Assembly (NCBI GenBank): GCA_963809595.1
Contig: CAWEKG010000003.1
Location: forward strand, 291,749-355,748
Direction: 5' to 3'
DNA from: an uncultured Chloroflexia bacterium
Lineage (GTDB): Bacteria; Chloroflexota; Limnocylindria; Limnocylindrales; CSP1-4
Length of the DNA stretch: 64,000 nt
In this document: one piece after another, positions 20,487-30,299 of the stretch
How positions within the stretch are numbered: position 1 is the stretch's first letter
Layout: each line of letters opens with the position of its first letter
The notes under the pieces: model-generated
The model's database searches: none
Seen by the model: the letters and a program-made list of their open reading frames with translations, nothing else
Told to the model about the DNA's origin: nothing
Made by a program: the position numbers and the translations under genes

Positions 20487-21401
20487 TCACTCAGCCGTGA
20501 GGTCGAGGAGGTAGTTGACGAAGTAGCGCTGCTTCTTCGACTCGACGCTCAACGGCAGGTACAGGCCGGACACCTCGCTGGGGAGCGCCACGGTCGTCGT
20601 CCATTCGGCCGTCCCGCCGGCCGGGGTCAGGGGCACCGAGGCGAGGTCGGGGCTCTCGTAGTAGCCGTAGAGGATGCCGTCGCCCCCGATCACCGGTGGA
20701 GTCCCGATGTGGACCGAGGAGGGGTACTCGCCGGGGTTCGTCGTCTGCCAGTCGAGCTCCAGCCCCTTGGCCGTCCGACGCGCCTCGACCAGCCTCAGGC
20801 CGACGCCGTTGATCGCGGTCATCTTCAGGTCGGCCGGCTGGACGAGACCGTCGACCGGCACACCGATCGGATACCGGAGATCGGTCGCGATGGGGTCGAG
20901 CGGCACCTCGAGCTTGGCATCGGTCTTCGTCGCGTCGGGGTCGTAGTAGTTGTACTCACCCGACACATAGCTGTAGTCGAGCGCAAGCCTGGACCCCGGA
21001 CCTGCCGTGGCCCCCGCGCACTCGACCCGGATCAGCTCCGTCGTCGGTGCCTTCTTTGGCCCCGCCTGGTAACCGCGCATCTGCATCCCGGGGCCCAGGC
21101 GGTGGCCGCCGGTCCCGACCTTGACCGTGGCGCAGTCCGTCGTCCTGCCGTCGCCGGTCGTGAGCACGGCAGGCTTCTCGGCGGCGGTCATCGCGCTCCA
21201 CGCCCCGGTCTCGTTCCGGATCGTCAGGTCCACCCGCAGGTCGCCAGCGGCGGTCGTCTCGATACTGGTCGGGACCGCGCTCCAGCCCTTCGACCCTGCC
21301 CCGACCGGGGCACTCGCCTCGGGTGGCAGCACGACGTACTGGCAGCCGGCCAGGACGACCGTTGCGGCCACGACCAGGCCGACTGCTCGAGCGATCTTCA
21401 T
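20487..21401 (-). CDS. lipoprotein of unknown function, last gene of the sugar ABC transporter operon
   Basis: Lipobox LAGC after MKIARAVGLVVAATVVLAGC. The start ATG overlaps the permease stop (ATGA). No family recognised. Confidence 0.55.
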   Translation of the reverse strand: MKIARAVGLVVAATVVLAGCQYVVLPPEASAPVGAGSKGWSAVPTSIETTAAGDLRVDLTIRNETGAWSAMTAAEKPAVLTTGDGRTTDCATVKVGTGGHRLGPGMQMRGYQAGPKKAPTTELIRVECAGATAGPGSRLALDYSYVSGEYNYYDPDATKTDAKLEVPLDPIATDLRYPIGVPVDGLVQPADLKMTAINGVGLRLVEARRTAKGLELDWQTTNPGEYPSSVHIGTPPVIGGDGILYGYYESPDLASVPLTPAGGTAEWTTTVALPSEVSGLYLPLSVESKKQRYFVNYLLDLTAE

Positions 21402-22477
21402 CCCGGCCCCTCGTGGGCCGGTGTCTCCCCTGCCGTCGCCGGGGCGAGCGACCGCCGCCCGGCTGACCGTCGGGCCCCCTTCTGGCCCGACAGGAAGCTC
21501 TGGACGCCGATGAACACGAGGGTCAGGGCGCCCACCACGATGGGCGTCCACCACGAGCTCAGCTGTCCGTTGAATTGGATCAAGGTCTGGATGACGATGA
21601 TGATGAGGACGCCGAACATCGTCCCGAAGACGTAGCCGACCCCACCGGTCAGCAGGGTCCCCCCGATGACGACTGCGCCGATCACGGTCAGCTCCATGCC
21701 CATCGCGTAGAGGCCGTGGCCCGACCCGACATCGACGCTGAGGGCGATCCCGGCCAGCGCCGAGCACAGGCCGTTGAGCGTGTAGACGAGCATCTTGGTC
21801 CGGTTGACCGGCAACCCCATCAGCCGCGCCGACAGTTCGTTGCCGCCGATCGCGTAGACCGCCCGACCGAAGCCGGTGTAGTGCGCGACGAACATCGCGA
21901 CCACCACGATGACCAGCTCGACCACGACCGGGATCGATACGAACTCACCCTGCCTGGTGGCCGGATCGCTCAGGCCGGGGATGAGCAGCTTCGTACCGGC
22001 GAGGACCTCGTAGAGCCGATTGCGGATCGGGATCGCGTCGTCACTGATGAAGAAGCACAGACCCCGGGCCACCCACAGGCCGGCCAGCGTGGCGATGAAC
22101 GGCTGCACCTTGAGGTAGGTGATGAAGAATCCCATCGTGACGCCGAAGGCCATGCCCATGACCAGCACGATGAGCATCACCAGCCAGGGATCCATCCCGT
22201 TGTTCCGCAGCAGGGCGGCGGAGACGACGGTGGTCAGTGCGACCACCCCACCGACCGACAGGTCGATCCCGCCCGACAGGATGACGAAGGTCATCCCGAT
22301 CGCACTGATGAGCAGGAACGGCGCCGCACGGAACATGTTGAGGAAGACCTGGGGGTCGCGCATCCCCTCGTACACGACCGCCCCGTAGGCATAGGCCAGG
22401 CAGAAGAGGGTGATCGTCGCGGCCAGTGGCGCGAACCGCCGATACCGGCCGAGTCGGTCGCGGATCCGCCCGGTCAC
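21398..22477 (-). CDS. sugar ABC transporter permease (CUT2, RbsC/AraH family)
   Basis: About 10 TM helices and BPD_transp_2-like composition. Overlaps adjacent genes in operon fashion. Confidence 0.8.
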   Translation of the reverse strand: MTGRIRDRLGRYRRFAPLAATITLFCLAYAYGAVVYEGMRDPQVFLNMFRAAPFLLISAIGMTFVILSGGIDLSVGGVVALTTVVSAALLRNNGMDPWLVMLIVLVMGMAFGVTMGFFITYLKVQPFIATLAGLWVARGLCFFISDDAIPIRNRLYEVLAGTKLLIPGLSDPATRQGEFVSIPVVVELVIVVVAMFVAHYTGFGRAVYAIGGNELSARLMGLPVNRTKMLVYTLNGLCSALAGIALSVDVGSGHGLYAMGMELTVIGAVVIGGTLLTGGVGYVFGTMFGVLIIIVIQTLIQFNGQLSSWWTPIVVGALTLVFIGVQSFLSGQKGARRSAGRRSLAPATAGETPAHEGPG

Positions 22478-23532
22478 GGTGCGGCGCTCCGCTGGGTGGC
22501 GAACCCGCGGACCCAGTCACGGACCTGGACCGAGAACAGCAGGATGACCAGGATGACGACGAAGCCCTTGATCGCCAGCAGACCACTGGCCGGGACCCCG
22601 ACGGCATACATCGACGTCGTGATCGCCTGGATGACGAGCGCGCCGACGAGGCTGGCGAACAGCGAGAAGCGGCCGCCGGCGCCGAGCGCGGTACCTCCGA
22701 TCACGACCGCAAGGATCGCGTCGAGCTCGAAGTTCAGCCCGATGTTGTTGGCGTCGGACGTCCGGATGCCGGAGCTCGCGACCAGGCCCGCCATGCCCGC
22801 GCAGAAGCCGCAGAACATGTACGCCACGAGCTTTACCCGCTTCTCGTCGATCCCGCTGTAGAAGCTCGCACGGGCGTTGATCCCGACCGCTTCGACGAAC
22901 GTCCCCAGCGCCGTCCGCCTGGTGAACAGCCAGGCCACTGCGAACACCGCGGCGACGATGAAAAGTGAGACGGGCAGCACGACCCAGCCGTTGCCGAAGA
23001 AGGCGTAGGGCTCATAGAAGATCTGGATCCGTACGCCATTCGTGATGAGCTGGGCGATCCCGCGGCCGGCGATCATCAGGATCAACGTGGCGACCATCGG
23101 CTGGATACCGGCGTAGGCAACCAGGACACCGTTCCAGACCCCACATAGGGTCGCCACGACGAGGGTGATGAACACCACGGCCCACAGCGGGATCGCGCTG
23201 AAGTTCGGGTCGTGCGACAGTGTCTTGAGGTCGGGGTTGATGAGGATCGCGGCGACGGACGCCGAGATCGCCATCACCGCGCCGACCGAGAGGTCGACCC
23301 CGCCGGTTGCGATCACCAGGGTCATCCCGAGCGCCAGGAGCATGATCGTCGAGCCATTGCGCGGGATGTCGACGAGGCTCCCGTAGAGATGGCCATCGAT
23401 CGTCTGGAGCCCGAAGAAGCCGGGCACCGCGAACAGGTCGAAGAGCAGGATCAGGCCGAGAGCGACGAGCGGGAACAGGAGTCTGCTGTCGCCGACCCGG
23501 CGGAGCCTCGACGGGCGCTCAGGCAAGGTCAC
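22474..23532 (-). CDS. sugar ABC transporter permease (CUT2, RbsC/AraH family), second permease
   Basis: Paralogous polytopic permease. Overlaps the ATPase gene end. Confidence 0.8.
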   Translation of the reverse strand: MTLPERPSRLRRVGDSRLLFPLVALGLILLFDLFAVPGFFGLQTIDGHLYGSLVDIPRNGSTIMLLALGMTLVIATGGVDLSVGAVMAISASVAAILINPDLKTLSHDPNFSAIPLWAVVFITLVVATLCGVWNGVLVAYAGIQPMVATLILMIAGRGIAQLITNGVRIQIFYEPYAFFGNGWVVLPVSLFIVAAVFAVAWLFTRRTALGTFVEAVGINARASFYSGIDEKRVKLVAYMFCGFCAGMAGLVASSGIRTSDANNIGLNFELDAILAVVIGGTALGAGGRFSLFASLVGALVIQAITTSMYAVGVPASGLLAIKGFVVILVILLFSVQVRDWVRGFATQRSAAP

Positions 23533-25087
23533 CGTCGACTCCTGCCATCGCCTGCATGATCGCCTGCTCGTCCACCTCTCCCTCGAACTCGGTGACCTTG
23601 GCCCGGTCCCGAAGGACGATGATCCGATGGCTCGTACGCAGGACCTCCTCGAGCTCGGACGAGATGAAGACGCACGACTTGCCGTCCTCGGCCAGGGCGA
23701 GGACGAGCCGCTGGACCTCCGCCTTGGCCCCGATGTCGATGCCCCGGGTCGGCTCGTCGAGGATGAGGACCTGCGGGTCGGTGGCCAGCCAGCGGGCGAG
23801 GATGACCTTCTGCTGGTTGCCCCCGCTCAGGTTCTTGACCAGCTGGTCGGCGTCGGGCGTCGCGATCTTGAGCGCCTTGATGTACCGGTCGGCGATCGCG
23901 TACTGGTCGGCCGGGCTGAGGTAACGCAGCCAGCCGCGCCCCGCCTGGACCGCGAGGACGATGTTCTCGCGCACGGTCAGTTCTTCGATGATGCCCTCGG
24001 CCTTGCGGTCTTCGGGGCACAGGGCCACGCCGCGGCCGATGGATCGCAACGGTGAGAAGGTCCGGACCGGAATGCCGTTGACCGCGACGGTCCCGCTGTC
24101 CGGCTTGTCGATGCCGAACAGGAGGTCGGCGATCTCGGTCCGCCCCGAGCCGAGCAGGCCGGCCAGGCCGACCACCTCGCCGGCGCGCAGCTCCAGGTCG
24201 AACGGCTCGATGGAGCCGCCCCGGCCGAGTCCCGTCGCCACGAGTCTCGTCTCACCGCCGCCGCCCTGGCCGCCGGCCAGCTTGATCCTGGCCATGTCGT
24301 CGAGCTCGGTCAGCTCGCGCCCGAGCATCTTCGTGATGAGGTCGAAGCGGGGCATCGCTGCGGTCGGGTAGGTCCCGACCAGCCGCCCGTTGCGAAGGAC
24401 CGTGATCCGGTCGGCGACGGCGTAGACCTGGTCGAGGAAGTGGGTGATGAAGACGATCGCCAGGCCCGAGCTCTTCAGCTTGCGCATCACGCCGAAGAGC
24501 TGCTCGGTCTCGTGAACGTCAAGGCTCGACGTCGGCTCGTCCAGGATCAGGATCCGGGCGGACGAGATCTCGAGCGCCCGGGCGATCGCCGCCATCTGCT
24601 GGATCGCGACCGAGTACGAGCCGAGCGGCTGGGTCACGTCGACCTCGACGTCCAGGCCCCGGAGGATCTGGTCCGCCCGTCGGTGAAGCGCGCGCGAGTC
24701 GATCCGACCGAGGCGTCGCGGTGCCCGGCCGATCAGGATGTTCTCCCCGACCGACAGGTTCGGACAGAGGTTCACCTCCTGGTAGACCGTGCTGATCCCC
24801 AGTGACTGGGCGTGTTGGGGTGACCGGACGTGGATGTCCTGCCGGCCCAGGGTGATCGTCCCGGCGTCCGGCCGCTCGACCCCGGTCAGGATCTTGATCA
24901 GGGTCGACTTGCCGGCTCCGTTCTCCCCGACGATGGCGTGGATCTCGCCTTCGCGGAGGTCGAAGTCCACGCTCTGGAGCGCCTGGACGCCGGGGAAGCC
25001 CTTGTCGATGCCCTGCATGGACAGCAGCGTGTCCACGTCTGTCACGGACCTACCTGCCTGCTTCTGGTTGGCCTTTGGAGATGGCAT
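23519..25087 (-). CDS. sugar ABC transporter ATP-binding protein with duplicated NBDs (RbsA/AraG/XylG type)
   Basis: 522 aa with two Walker A motifs (GENGAGKST and GLLGSGRTE) and two signature motifs (LSGGNQQK and LSVAIQQ). Confidence 0.9.
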   Translation of the reverse strand: MPSPKANQKQAGRSVTDVDTLLSMQGIDKGFPGVQALQSVDFDLREGEIHAIVGENGAGKSTLIKILTGVERPDAGTITLGRQDIHVRSPQHAQSLGISTVYQEVNLCPNLSVGENILIGRAPRRLGRIDSRALHRRADQILRGLDVEVDVTQPLGSYSVAIQQMAAIARALEISSARILILDEPTSSLDVHETEQLFGVMRKLKSSGLAIVFITHFLDQVYAVADRITVLRNGRLVGTYPTAAMPRFDLITKMLGRELTELDDMARIKLAGGQGGGGETRLVATGLGRGGSIEPFDLELRAGEVVGLAGLLGSGRTEIADLLFGIDKPDSGTVAVNGIPVRTFSPLRSIGRGVALCPEDRKAEGIIEELTVRENIVLAVQAGRGWLRYLSPADQYAIADRYIKALKIATPDADQLVKNLSGGNQQKVILARWLATDPQVLILDEPTRGIDIGAKAEVQRLVLALAEDGKSCVFISSELEEVLRTSHRIIVLRDRAKVTEFEGEVDEQAIMQAMAGVDGDLA

Positions 25088-25165
25088 CGAGGGGCGACCT
25101 GGGTGTCGCCCCTCGATGAGCCGGAACCTCGCCCACCGCGGTGGAGCGCGGGGGCGGTCGGTCGA

Positions 25166-26218
25166 TCAGTACTGGCGGGTCGGCAAGATCGCGGCCGCGT
25201 CGGCCGCCTGGAAGACGGCCTCGATGGACGGGACCCACTTGGGCAGGGTCTCGCCGTTGACCGCCTTCAGAGCGGCCTCGTAGACCTGCTTGGCGAGGAG
25301 CGGGTTGCACTCGACGACGGTGTTGATGGTGCCGTCGATCATCGCCTGGAACGCGCCCTTGGTGGCGTCGACCGTGATGACCTTGACGTCGGTCGCCGGC
25401 TTGAGTCCGGCTTCCTTGAGCGCCTGCACGGCGCCGAGGCCCATCTCGTCGTTCTGGGCGAAGACGCCCTGGATGTCCTTGCTCTTCTTCAGGAAGGCCG
25501 CCATGACCTCCTTGCCCTTGTCAGAGGCCCAGTCGGCCGTCTGGCTCTCGGTGATGGTGATGCCGCAGGCGCCCATGTTCTCGCGGAATCCCTTGCCGCG
25601 GTCGATGGCCGCCGAGGAGCCGACGTTGCCGACGAGCTCGACGACGTTCTTCTTGGCGCTGCCCTCGAGCAGCTTGCACATCTCGTCGGCGGCCTTGCGG
25701 CCCTCCAGGGTGAAGTCCGAGCCGATGTACGTTGCGTAGAGATCCTCGGAGGCGTCGATCCGGCGATCCTCGAGGACGACCGTCTTGCCCTTCGCCTTGG
25801 CTTCCTTCAGCACGTCATCCCAGCCGGCCGCTTCCAGCGCGGCGAGGACGATGACGTTGACCGAGTCGTCGGCGATGAACTGGCGGAACGCCGTCAGCTG
25901 GTTCTCCATCTTGTTCTGGGCGTCGTAGAACTTGAGGTTGAGACCCAGCTTGGCGGCCTCGTCCTTGAACGACGCCGTGTTGGCGGCACGCCAGCCGCCC
26001 TCGGACCCGGTCTGGATGAACCCGACCGTCAGGTCCTTGTAGTCCTTCAGCGTGGCCGCGACCGAGGCGGCGACCGAGGGTGCCGCGACCGAGGGTGCGG
26101 CGACCGACGGCGCCGCCACCGACGGGGCAGTCGAACTGCCGGTCGAGCTGCAGGCGGCGACCAGGGTCATGACCGCCAGCGCGGTCGCGATCGGGAGGAA
26201 GGTCCTGGAACGTGTCAC
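25166..26218 (-). CDS. sugar ABC transporter substrate-binding lipoprotein (CUT2, periplasmic binding protein type I)
   Basis: Lipobox VAACSS, an (APSVA)4 linker repeat, and a PBP1 fold similar to arabinose/ribose/xylose binding proteins. Confidence 0.85.
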   Translation of the reverse strand: MTRSRTFLPIATALAVMTLVAACSSTGSSTAPSVAAPSVAAPSVAAPSVAASVAATLKDYKDLTVGFIQTGSEGGWRAANTASFKDEAAKLGLNLKFYDAQNKMENQLTAFRQFIADDSVNVIVLAALEAAGWDDVLKEAKAKGKTVVLEDRRIDASEDLYATYIGSDFTLEGRKAADEMCKLLEGSAKKNVVELVGNVGSSAAIDRGKGFRENMGACGITITESQTADWASDKGKEVMAAFLKKSKDIQGVFAQNDEMGLGAVQALKEAGLKPATDVKVITVDATKGAFQAMIDGTINTVVECNPLLAKQVYEAALKAVNGETLPKWVPSIEAVFQAADAAAILPTRQY

Positions 26219-26544
26219 TGTCTAGCCTCCGAGTAGAAGTCCATCTCACAACACTGCTTACCACGGATCGTTCGGCTGGCGACGCCGGCCGGGCCCGCGA
26301 GGCTCACGCCTCGATCGGGCCGGTCCTCGCCTGGGACTCAGGTGGCGCGTGGCACCATGGGCACCTCCTCCAGCATCACCGCTCAGGGCAAGTGCATCGC
26401 GCGGGAACGGCCGAGCAACCCCGGCAGGCTGCCCCCGGCCGCGAGCGGGCGGGTAGACTCCGTCCCAGATGACATCGCGCTCGGCATGGTCCCGTGGGAT
26501 CTCCTCTGTGGAGAGACCTGCTCTTGCGGGCGATCCGGTGCTCT

Positions 26545-26584
26545 GTTATCGTTCCCGTTAGCGATAACGGGACCGATAACGGGA
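26545..26584. promoter_or_regulatory. second copy of the LacI-type operator block, in the divergent promoter between the SBP gene and the regulator gene
   Basis: TGTTATCG-TT-CCCGTTAGCGATAACGGG-AC-CGATAACGGGAC. Same architecture and same 3' flank (GGGACnGTAGCA) as the 20388-20428 block. Confidence 0.7.
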
Positions 26585-26666
26585 CGGTAGCATCCTCCGC
26601 CGTGGCCCGTCAAGAGCGAACGTCGAATCTGATTCGGTGATGAGGCCCATGACAGCTCGACGTCGG

Positions 26667-27713
26667 ATGACGATCAAGGAAGTCGCCCAGGCAGCCGGCG
26701 TCTCGACCCAGACGGTGTCGCGCGTCCTGAACGATCGCCCGGACGTCGCGCCGGAGACCTACGAGCGGGTCCAGAAGGTCATCGCCGACACCGGCTACGC
26801 CCCGAACATGCTGGCTCGGAGTCTCACCCAGGGCCGCAGCCACATCCTTGGCGTGGTCGCCTTCGGGCTGGAGTACTTCGGGCCGTCGCGGGTGCTGACC
26901 GGGATCGAGCAGCAGGCCGCCGAGATGGGCTACTCGATCTCGCTCAACCTCCTCCACGACCCCGCGACGGCCGATGTCGGCGAGGTCCTCGCCAGCCTCC
27001 TTGGACGCCAGGTCGACGGGATCATCTGGGCCATCCCGGAGGTGGGTGGCAACCGCGCCTGGTCGCACGAGCGGAGTCCCGACCTGCCGGTCCCGGTCAC
27101 CCTGGTCGGGAGCATGGCGGGTCAGACCTCATTACCGTCGATCGGCATCGACAACCGGGCGATCGGGCGGCTGGCGACCGAGCATCTGATCGCCGGTGGG
27201 GCGCGTCGCGCGGCCATCGTCACCGGCCCGCTCGGGTGGTGGGAGGCGCAGGAGCGACTCGAAGGCTGGCGCGAGACGCTGGACGCTCATGGCATCGGTG
27301 AGCGCGATCGGCTCGTCGTGGAGGGCGACTGGGGTGCCCAGAGTGGTGAGCTCGCGCTCGACCGGCTGATGGAGGGGCTCCCGGGCGTCGACGCCGTGTT
27401 CGCCAGCAACGACCAGATGGCGCTCGGGATCCTTCACGGAGCGCATCGGATTGGTCGACGGATCCCCGATGACCTGTCCGTTGTCGGGGTCGACGACATC
27501 CCAGAGTCGTCCCACTTCTGGCCGTCGTTGACGACCGTCCACCAGCCGCTTCGCGATGCCGGCGCGCAGGCCGTCGAGGAGATCGATCGATCGATCCGTC
27601 AGGAGGGACAACGCCGGGAGCGGGATACCCTGGCCCCGGCGGTCACCCTGCTCCAGCCGCGGCTCGTCGTCCGCAACAGCAGTCGACCGGTGGGGACCGA
27701 AGCGAACCTCTGA
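26667..27713 (+). CDS. LacI-family transcriptional regulator, probable arabinose (AraR-like) repressor
   Basis: N-terminal HTH (MTIKEVAQAAGVSTQTVSRVLN) and a periplasmic-binding-protein-like effector domain. It sits next to an operator shared with the ara genes. The start may be as early as 26637. Confidence 0.85.
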   Translation: MTIKEVAQAAGVSTQTVSRVLNDRPDVAPETYERVQKVIADTGYAPNMLARSLTQGRSHILGVVAFGLEYFGPSRVLTGIEQQAAEMGYSISLNLLHDPATADVGEVLASLLGRQVDGIIWAIPEVGGNRAWSHERSPDLPVPVTLVGSMAGQTSLPSIGIDNRAIGRLATEHLIAGGARRAAIVTGPLGWWEAQERLEGWRETLDAHGIGERDRLVVEGDWGAQSGELALDRLMEGLPGVDAVFASNDQMALGILHGAHRIGRRIPDDLSVVGVDDIPESSHFWPSLTTVHQPLRDAGAQAVEEIDRSIRQEGQRRERDTLAPAVTLLQPRLVVRNSSRPVGTEANL

Positions 27714-27756
27714 CCGGCGTGACGCCGCCGGCCTCGGCCGCGCCGAGGGGGCCGGG

Positions 27757-28374
27757 TCAGCCGGCGAAGGCGTCGCCGAGGTGGTCGATGGCGGCGTCGA
27801 GCACCCGGGCGAGATCGTCGCGGCCCTCATGCTGCTGCCAGTCGTCCATCGCGACCTCCACGGCCGTGAAGACGGCCGAGGCGGTCACCCGCGACCCGAG
27901 GTCGTCGGGCGGCAGGCCCCGTCGCTCGGCGAGCATCGCCCCGACGATCCGGCCCATCTCGAGCTGGAACTCCCAGCGCCGCGCCCGCAGGGTCGGCGTG
28001 CGGTAGACGAGCCGGAGCCGGGACAGGAGCGCCTCGCGGTCCTCCACGGAGACCAGGGTGAGACTGCCGGCGACCACCTCTCGAACGGACTCGAGCAGCG
28101 GCTCCTCGGCCGGGCGGGCGGCGATCAGGGCGATGAGCCCGGAGCTGACGTCGTCCCCGAAGGCGACCTCCTCCTTCGTCGCGAAGTAGCGGAAGAAGGT
28201 CCTCGGCGAGACGTCGGCCGCCGCGGCGATGTCGTCGATCGTGGTCGCCTCGTAGCCCTGGCGCTCGAAGAGGTCCAGCGCCGCGGCGATCAGGGCCGCC
28301 CGGGTGCGCGCCCGCTTCCGTTGCCGAAGGGAGGTGGGTTCGTCCGTCCCGAGGAGCTCGAGTCCCGTGGTCAT
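27757..28374 (-). CDS. TetR-family transcriptional regulator
   Basis: TetR HTH (TTIDDIAAAADVSPRTFFRYF). Start chosen at the internal Met (MTTGLELL). Confidence 0.8.
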   Translation of the reverse strand: MTTGLELLGTDEPTSLRQRKRARTRAALIAAALDLFERQGYEATTIDDIAAAADVSPRTFFRYFATKEEVAFGDDVSSGLIALIAARPAEEPLLESVREVVAGSLTLVSVEDREALLSRLRLVYRTPTLRARRWEFQLEMGRIVGAMLAERRGLPPDDLGSRVTASAVFTAVEVAMDDWQQHEGRDDLARVLDAAIDHLGDAFAG

Positions 28375-28529
28375 GCCCGAAACGATAGCACGGGTCGGCG
28401 GTCGCTGCCAGATGGCACATCCTGTTATCTGGCAGCACTTGACAAATGACAGACACTGTCGTAATGTCGGACGCGGTTCGCCCGAGGTGCCCGCCGAGGG
28501 GGCACCGCGGAACGACAGGGAGTCGCGAC

Positions 28530-29006
28530 ATGTCCACATCCATCCGATCGGGACCCGTACCGGCGGGCATCGATCCGGCAGCGGTCCGGGCCGGGGCGAC
28601 CGGCGATCGACGGCGTCGCCTCGCCATGCGGGCGACCGCGGCGATCACCGCCGGCTGCCTGGTCGTCCTCGCGATGATGCTCGCGAACCGGCACACGACC
28701 GGCGAGGAGATCTGGGGCGTCCTGGTGGCCGTCAGCGGGGCCATCGTCGGCGGACTGAGCCTGGCCTACCTGGCCACCTCTCGTCGAAGCCGGGCGGCTC
28801 GTTTCGGCCTTATCGCACTCTGGGCGACGGTGGCCTTCTTCGGCTACGGCGGCTACAACGACCACCGGCTTCCCCGGCCGGCCGACACGATGAGCGACCA
28901 GCGCGACCGTCCGCCGCTGGCCCCCCTGATCTTCACGGCCTGGGGTATCGCCGGAGCGGTGGCCTTGCAGATCGGTCCCAGGCGGACCGAGAACGAAGGA
29001 GACTGA
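28530..29006 (+). CDS. small integral membrane protein (4 TM), unknown function
   Basis: Hydrophobic helices and an RBS GACAGGGAG before the ATG. Divergent from the TetR gene. Confidence 0.5.
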   Translation: MSTSIRSGPVPAGIDPAAVRAGATGDRRRRLAMRATAAITAGCLVVLAMMLANRHTTGEEIWGVLVAVSGAIVGGLSLAYLATSRRSRAARFGLIALWATVAFFGYGGYNDHRLPRPADTMSDQRDRPPLAPLIFTAWGIAGAVALQIGPRRTENEGD

Positions 29007-29007
29007 G

Positions 29008-29481
29008 ATGCACGCGATCGTCATCTACGACACGAAGTTCGGGAACACGGCGAAGATCGCCCAAGCGATCGGGCGGGGGGCCGCCACACGCGGTAGCGTC
29101 CAGGTGCTGGACGTCACCGAGGCCCTCGGCCCGCTCGCGGAGCGACCGGACCTGGTGATCGTCGGCGGACCCACCCAGAACCGCGGCCTCAGCCGCTCGT
29201 TGCGGGCCTTCGTCGACGCCCTGCCGGCCGCTCTGCGCGGCGTCCCGGCCGCCTCGTTCGACACCCGCTACCGGGGGTCGACCTGGCTCATGGGTTCGGC
29301 AGCCGGCGAGGCCGCCAAGCGGCTCGGCAAGGCGGGCAGCCGCCTCGCCGCTCCGCCCGAGAGCTTCTTCATGGCTCGGGGCGGCCCGATCGAGCGCCAG
29401 GGTCTCGAGACCGGCGAGGTCGAGCGCGCGGAGTCGTGGGGGCGCGCGGTGGGAGCCGCCGTCGTCAGCCAGGCCGGCTGA
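29008..29481 (+). CDS. flavodoxin-like fold protein
   Basis: MHAIVIYDTKFGNTAKIAQAI matches the flavodoxin/WrbA-type FMN-binding N-terminus. Length 157 aa. Confidence 0.7.
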   Translation: MHAIVIYDTKFGNTAKIAQAIGRGAATRGSVQVLDVTEALGPLAERPDLVIVGGPTQNRGLSRSLRAFVDALPAALRGVPAASFDTRYRGSTWLMGSAAGEAAKRLGKAGSRLAAPPESFFMARGGPIERQGLETGEVERAESWGRAVGAAVVSQAG

Positions 29482-29501
29482 GACGGCGACCCCGGAGCGG
29501 A

Positions 29502-30299
29502 CTAGGACGCGCCGGCACCCACGAGCACCTGCGATGGGGCAGGTCCCGTCGCTTCGCCCGGCCCGGCCGACGGCGGGGTACGGACCAAGCCGTCGCGCAT
29601 CCGGACGATCCGGTCGCACGCCTCCCCGACCTCGCTGTCATGGGTCACCAGGATGAAGGTCTGGCCGCGGTCCAGGTTGAACCGCCGGAGCAGGGCGAGG
29701 ACCTCGGCCGAGCGCTCTGAATCGAGGTTCCCGGTCGGCTCGTCGGCGAGCACCAGGCGAGGCTGGTTGACGAGGGCACGGGCGATCGCGACCCGTTGCT
29801 GCTCGCCACCCGAGAGCTCGGATGGCCGATGGCCCGCCCGGTCGGCCAGGCCGACCAGGTCGAGCGCGTCGAGGGTCGCGGTCCGGCCCTTCGCCCCGCT
29901 CGTCCCCGCGTAGTCGCAGGCGAGCATCACGTTCTCGAACGCGGTCAGGGTCGGGACGAGATTGAAGTCCTGGAAGACGAAGCCCATCTCCCGGGCCCGG
30001 ATCCGGGTCCGCTCGCGGTCGCCGAGATCGACCATGTCGCGACCGTCGAACGTCAGCTCGGGCCGCGGCCCGTCGTCGAGGTCGGGGGCGTGGAGCAACC
30101 CCAGGATGTGCATGAGGGTGCTCTTGCCCGATCCGGACGGGCCCATGATCGCGACCATCTCGCCGGCGTCGATGGCGAACTCGACGCCCCGGAGGGCCTT
30201 CACCTCGTTGTGCTTGCCGAGCTTGTAGGTCTTGCGCAGGGCCCGTCCGGCGAGCAGTCCCAGCGGTCGATCTTCGAAGGGGGTGGTCATGGCGGTCAC
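29502..30299 (-). CDS. ABC transporter ATP-binding protein (MacB/LolD/FtsE type)
   Basis: Walker A GPSGSGKST, signature LSGGEQQRVAIARAL and Walker B LVLADEPTGNLD. Confidence 0.9.
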   Translation of the reverse strand: MTAMTTPFEDRPLGLLAGRALRKTYKLGKHNEVKALRGVEFAIDAGEMVAIMGPSGSGKSTLMHILGLLHAPDLDDGPRPELTFDGRDMVDLGDRERTRIRAREMGFVFQDFNLVPTLTAFENVMLACDYAGTSGAKGRTATLDALDLVGLADRAGHRPSELSGGEQQRVAIARALVNQPRLVLADEPTGNLDSERSAEVLALLRRFNLDRGQTFILVTHDSEVGEACDRIVRMRDGLVRTPPSAGPGEATGPAPSQVLVGAGAS

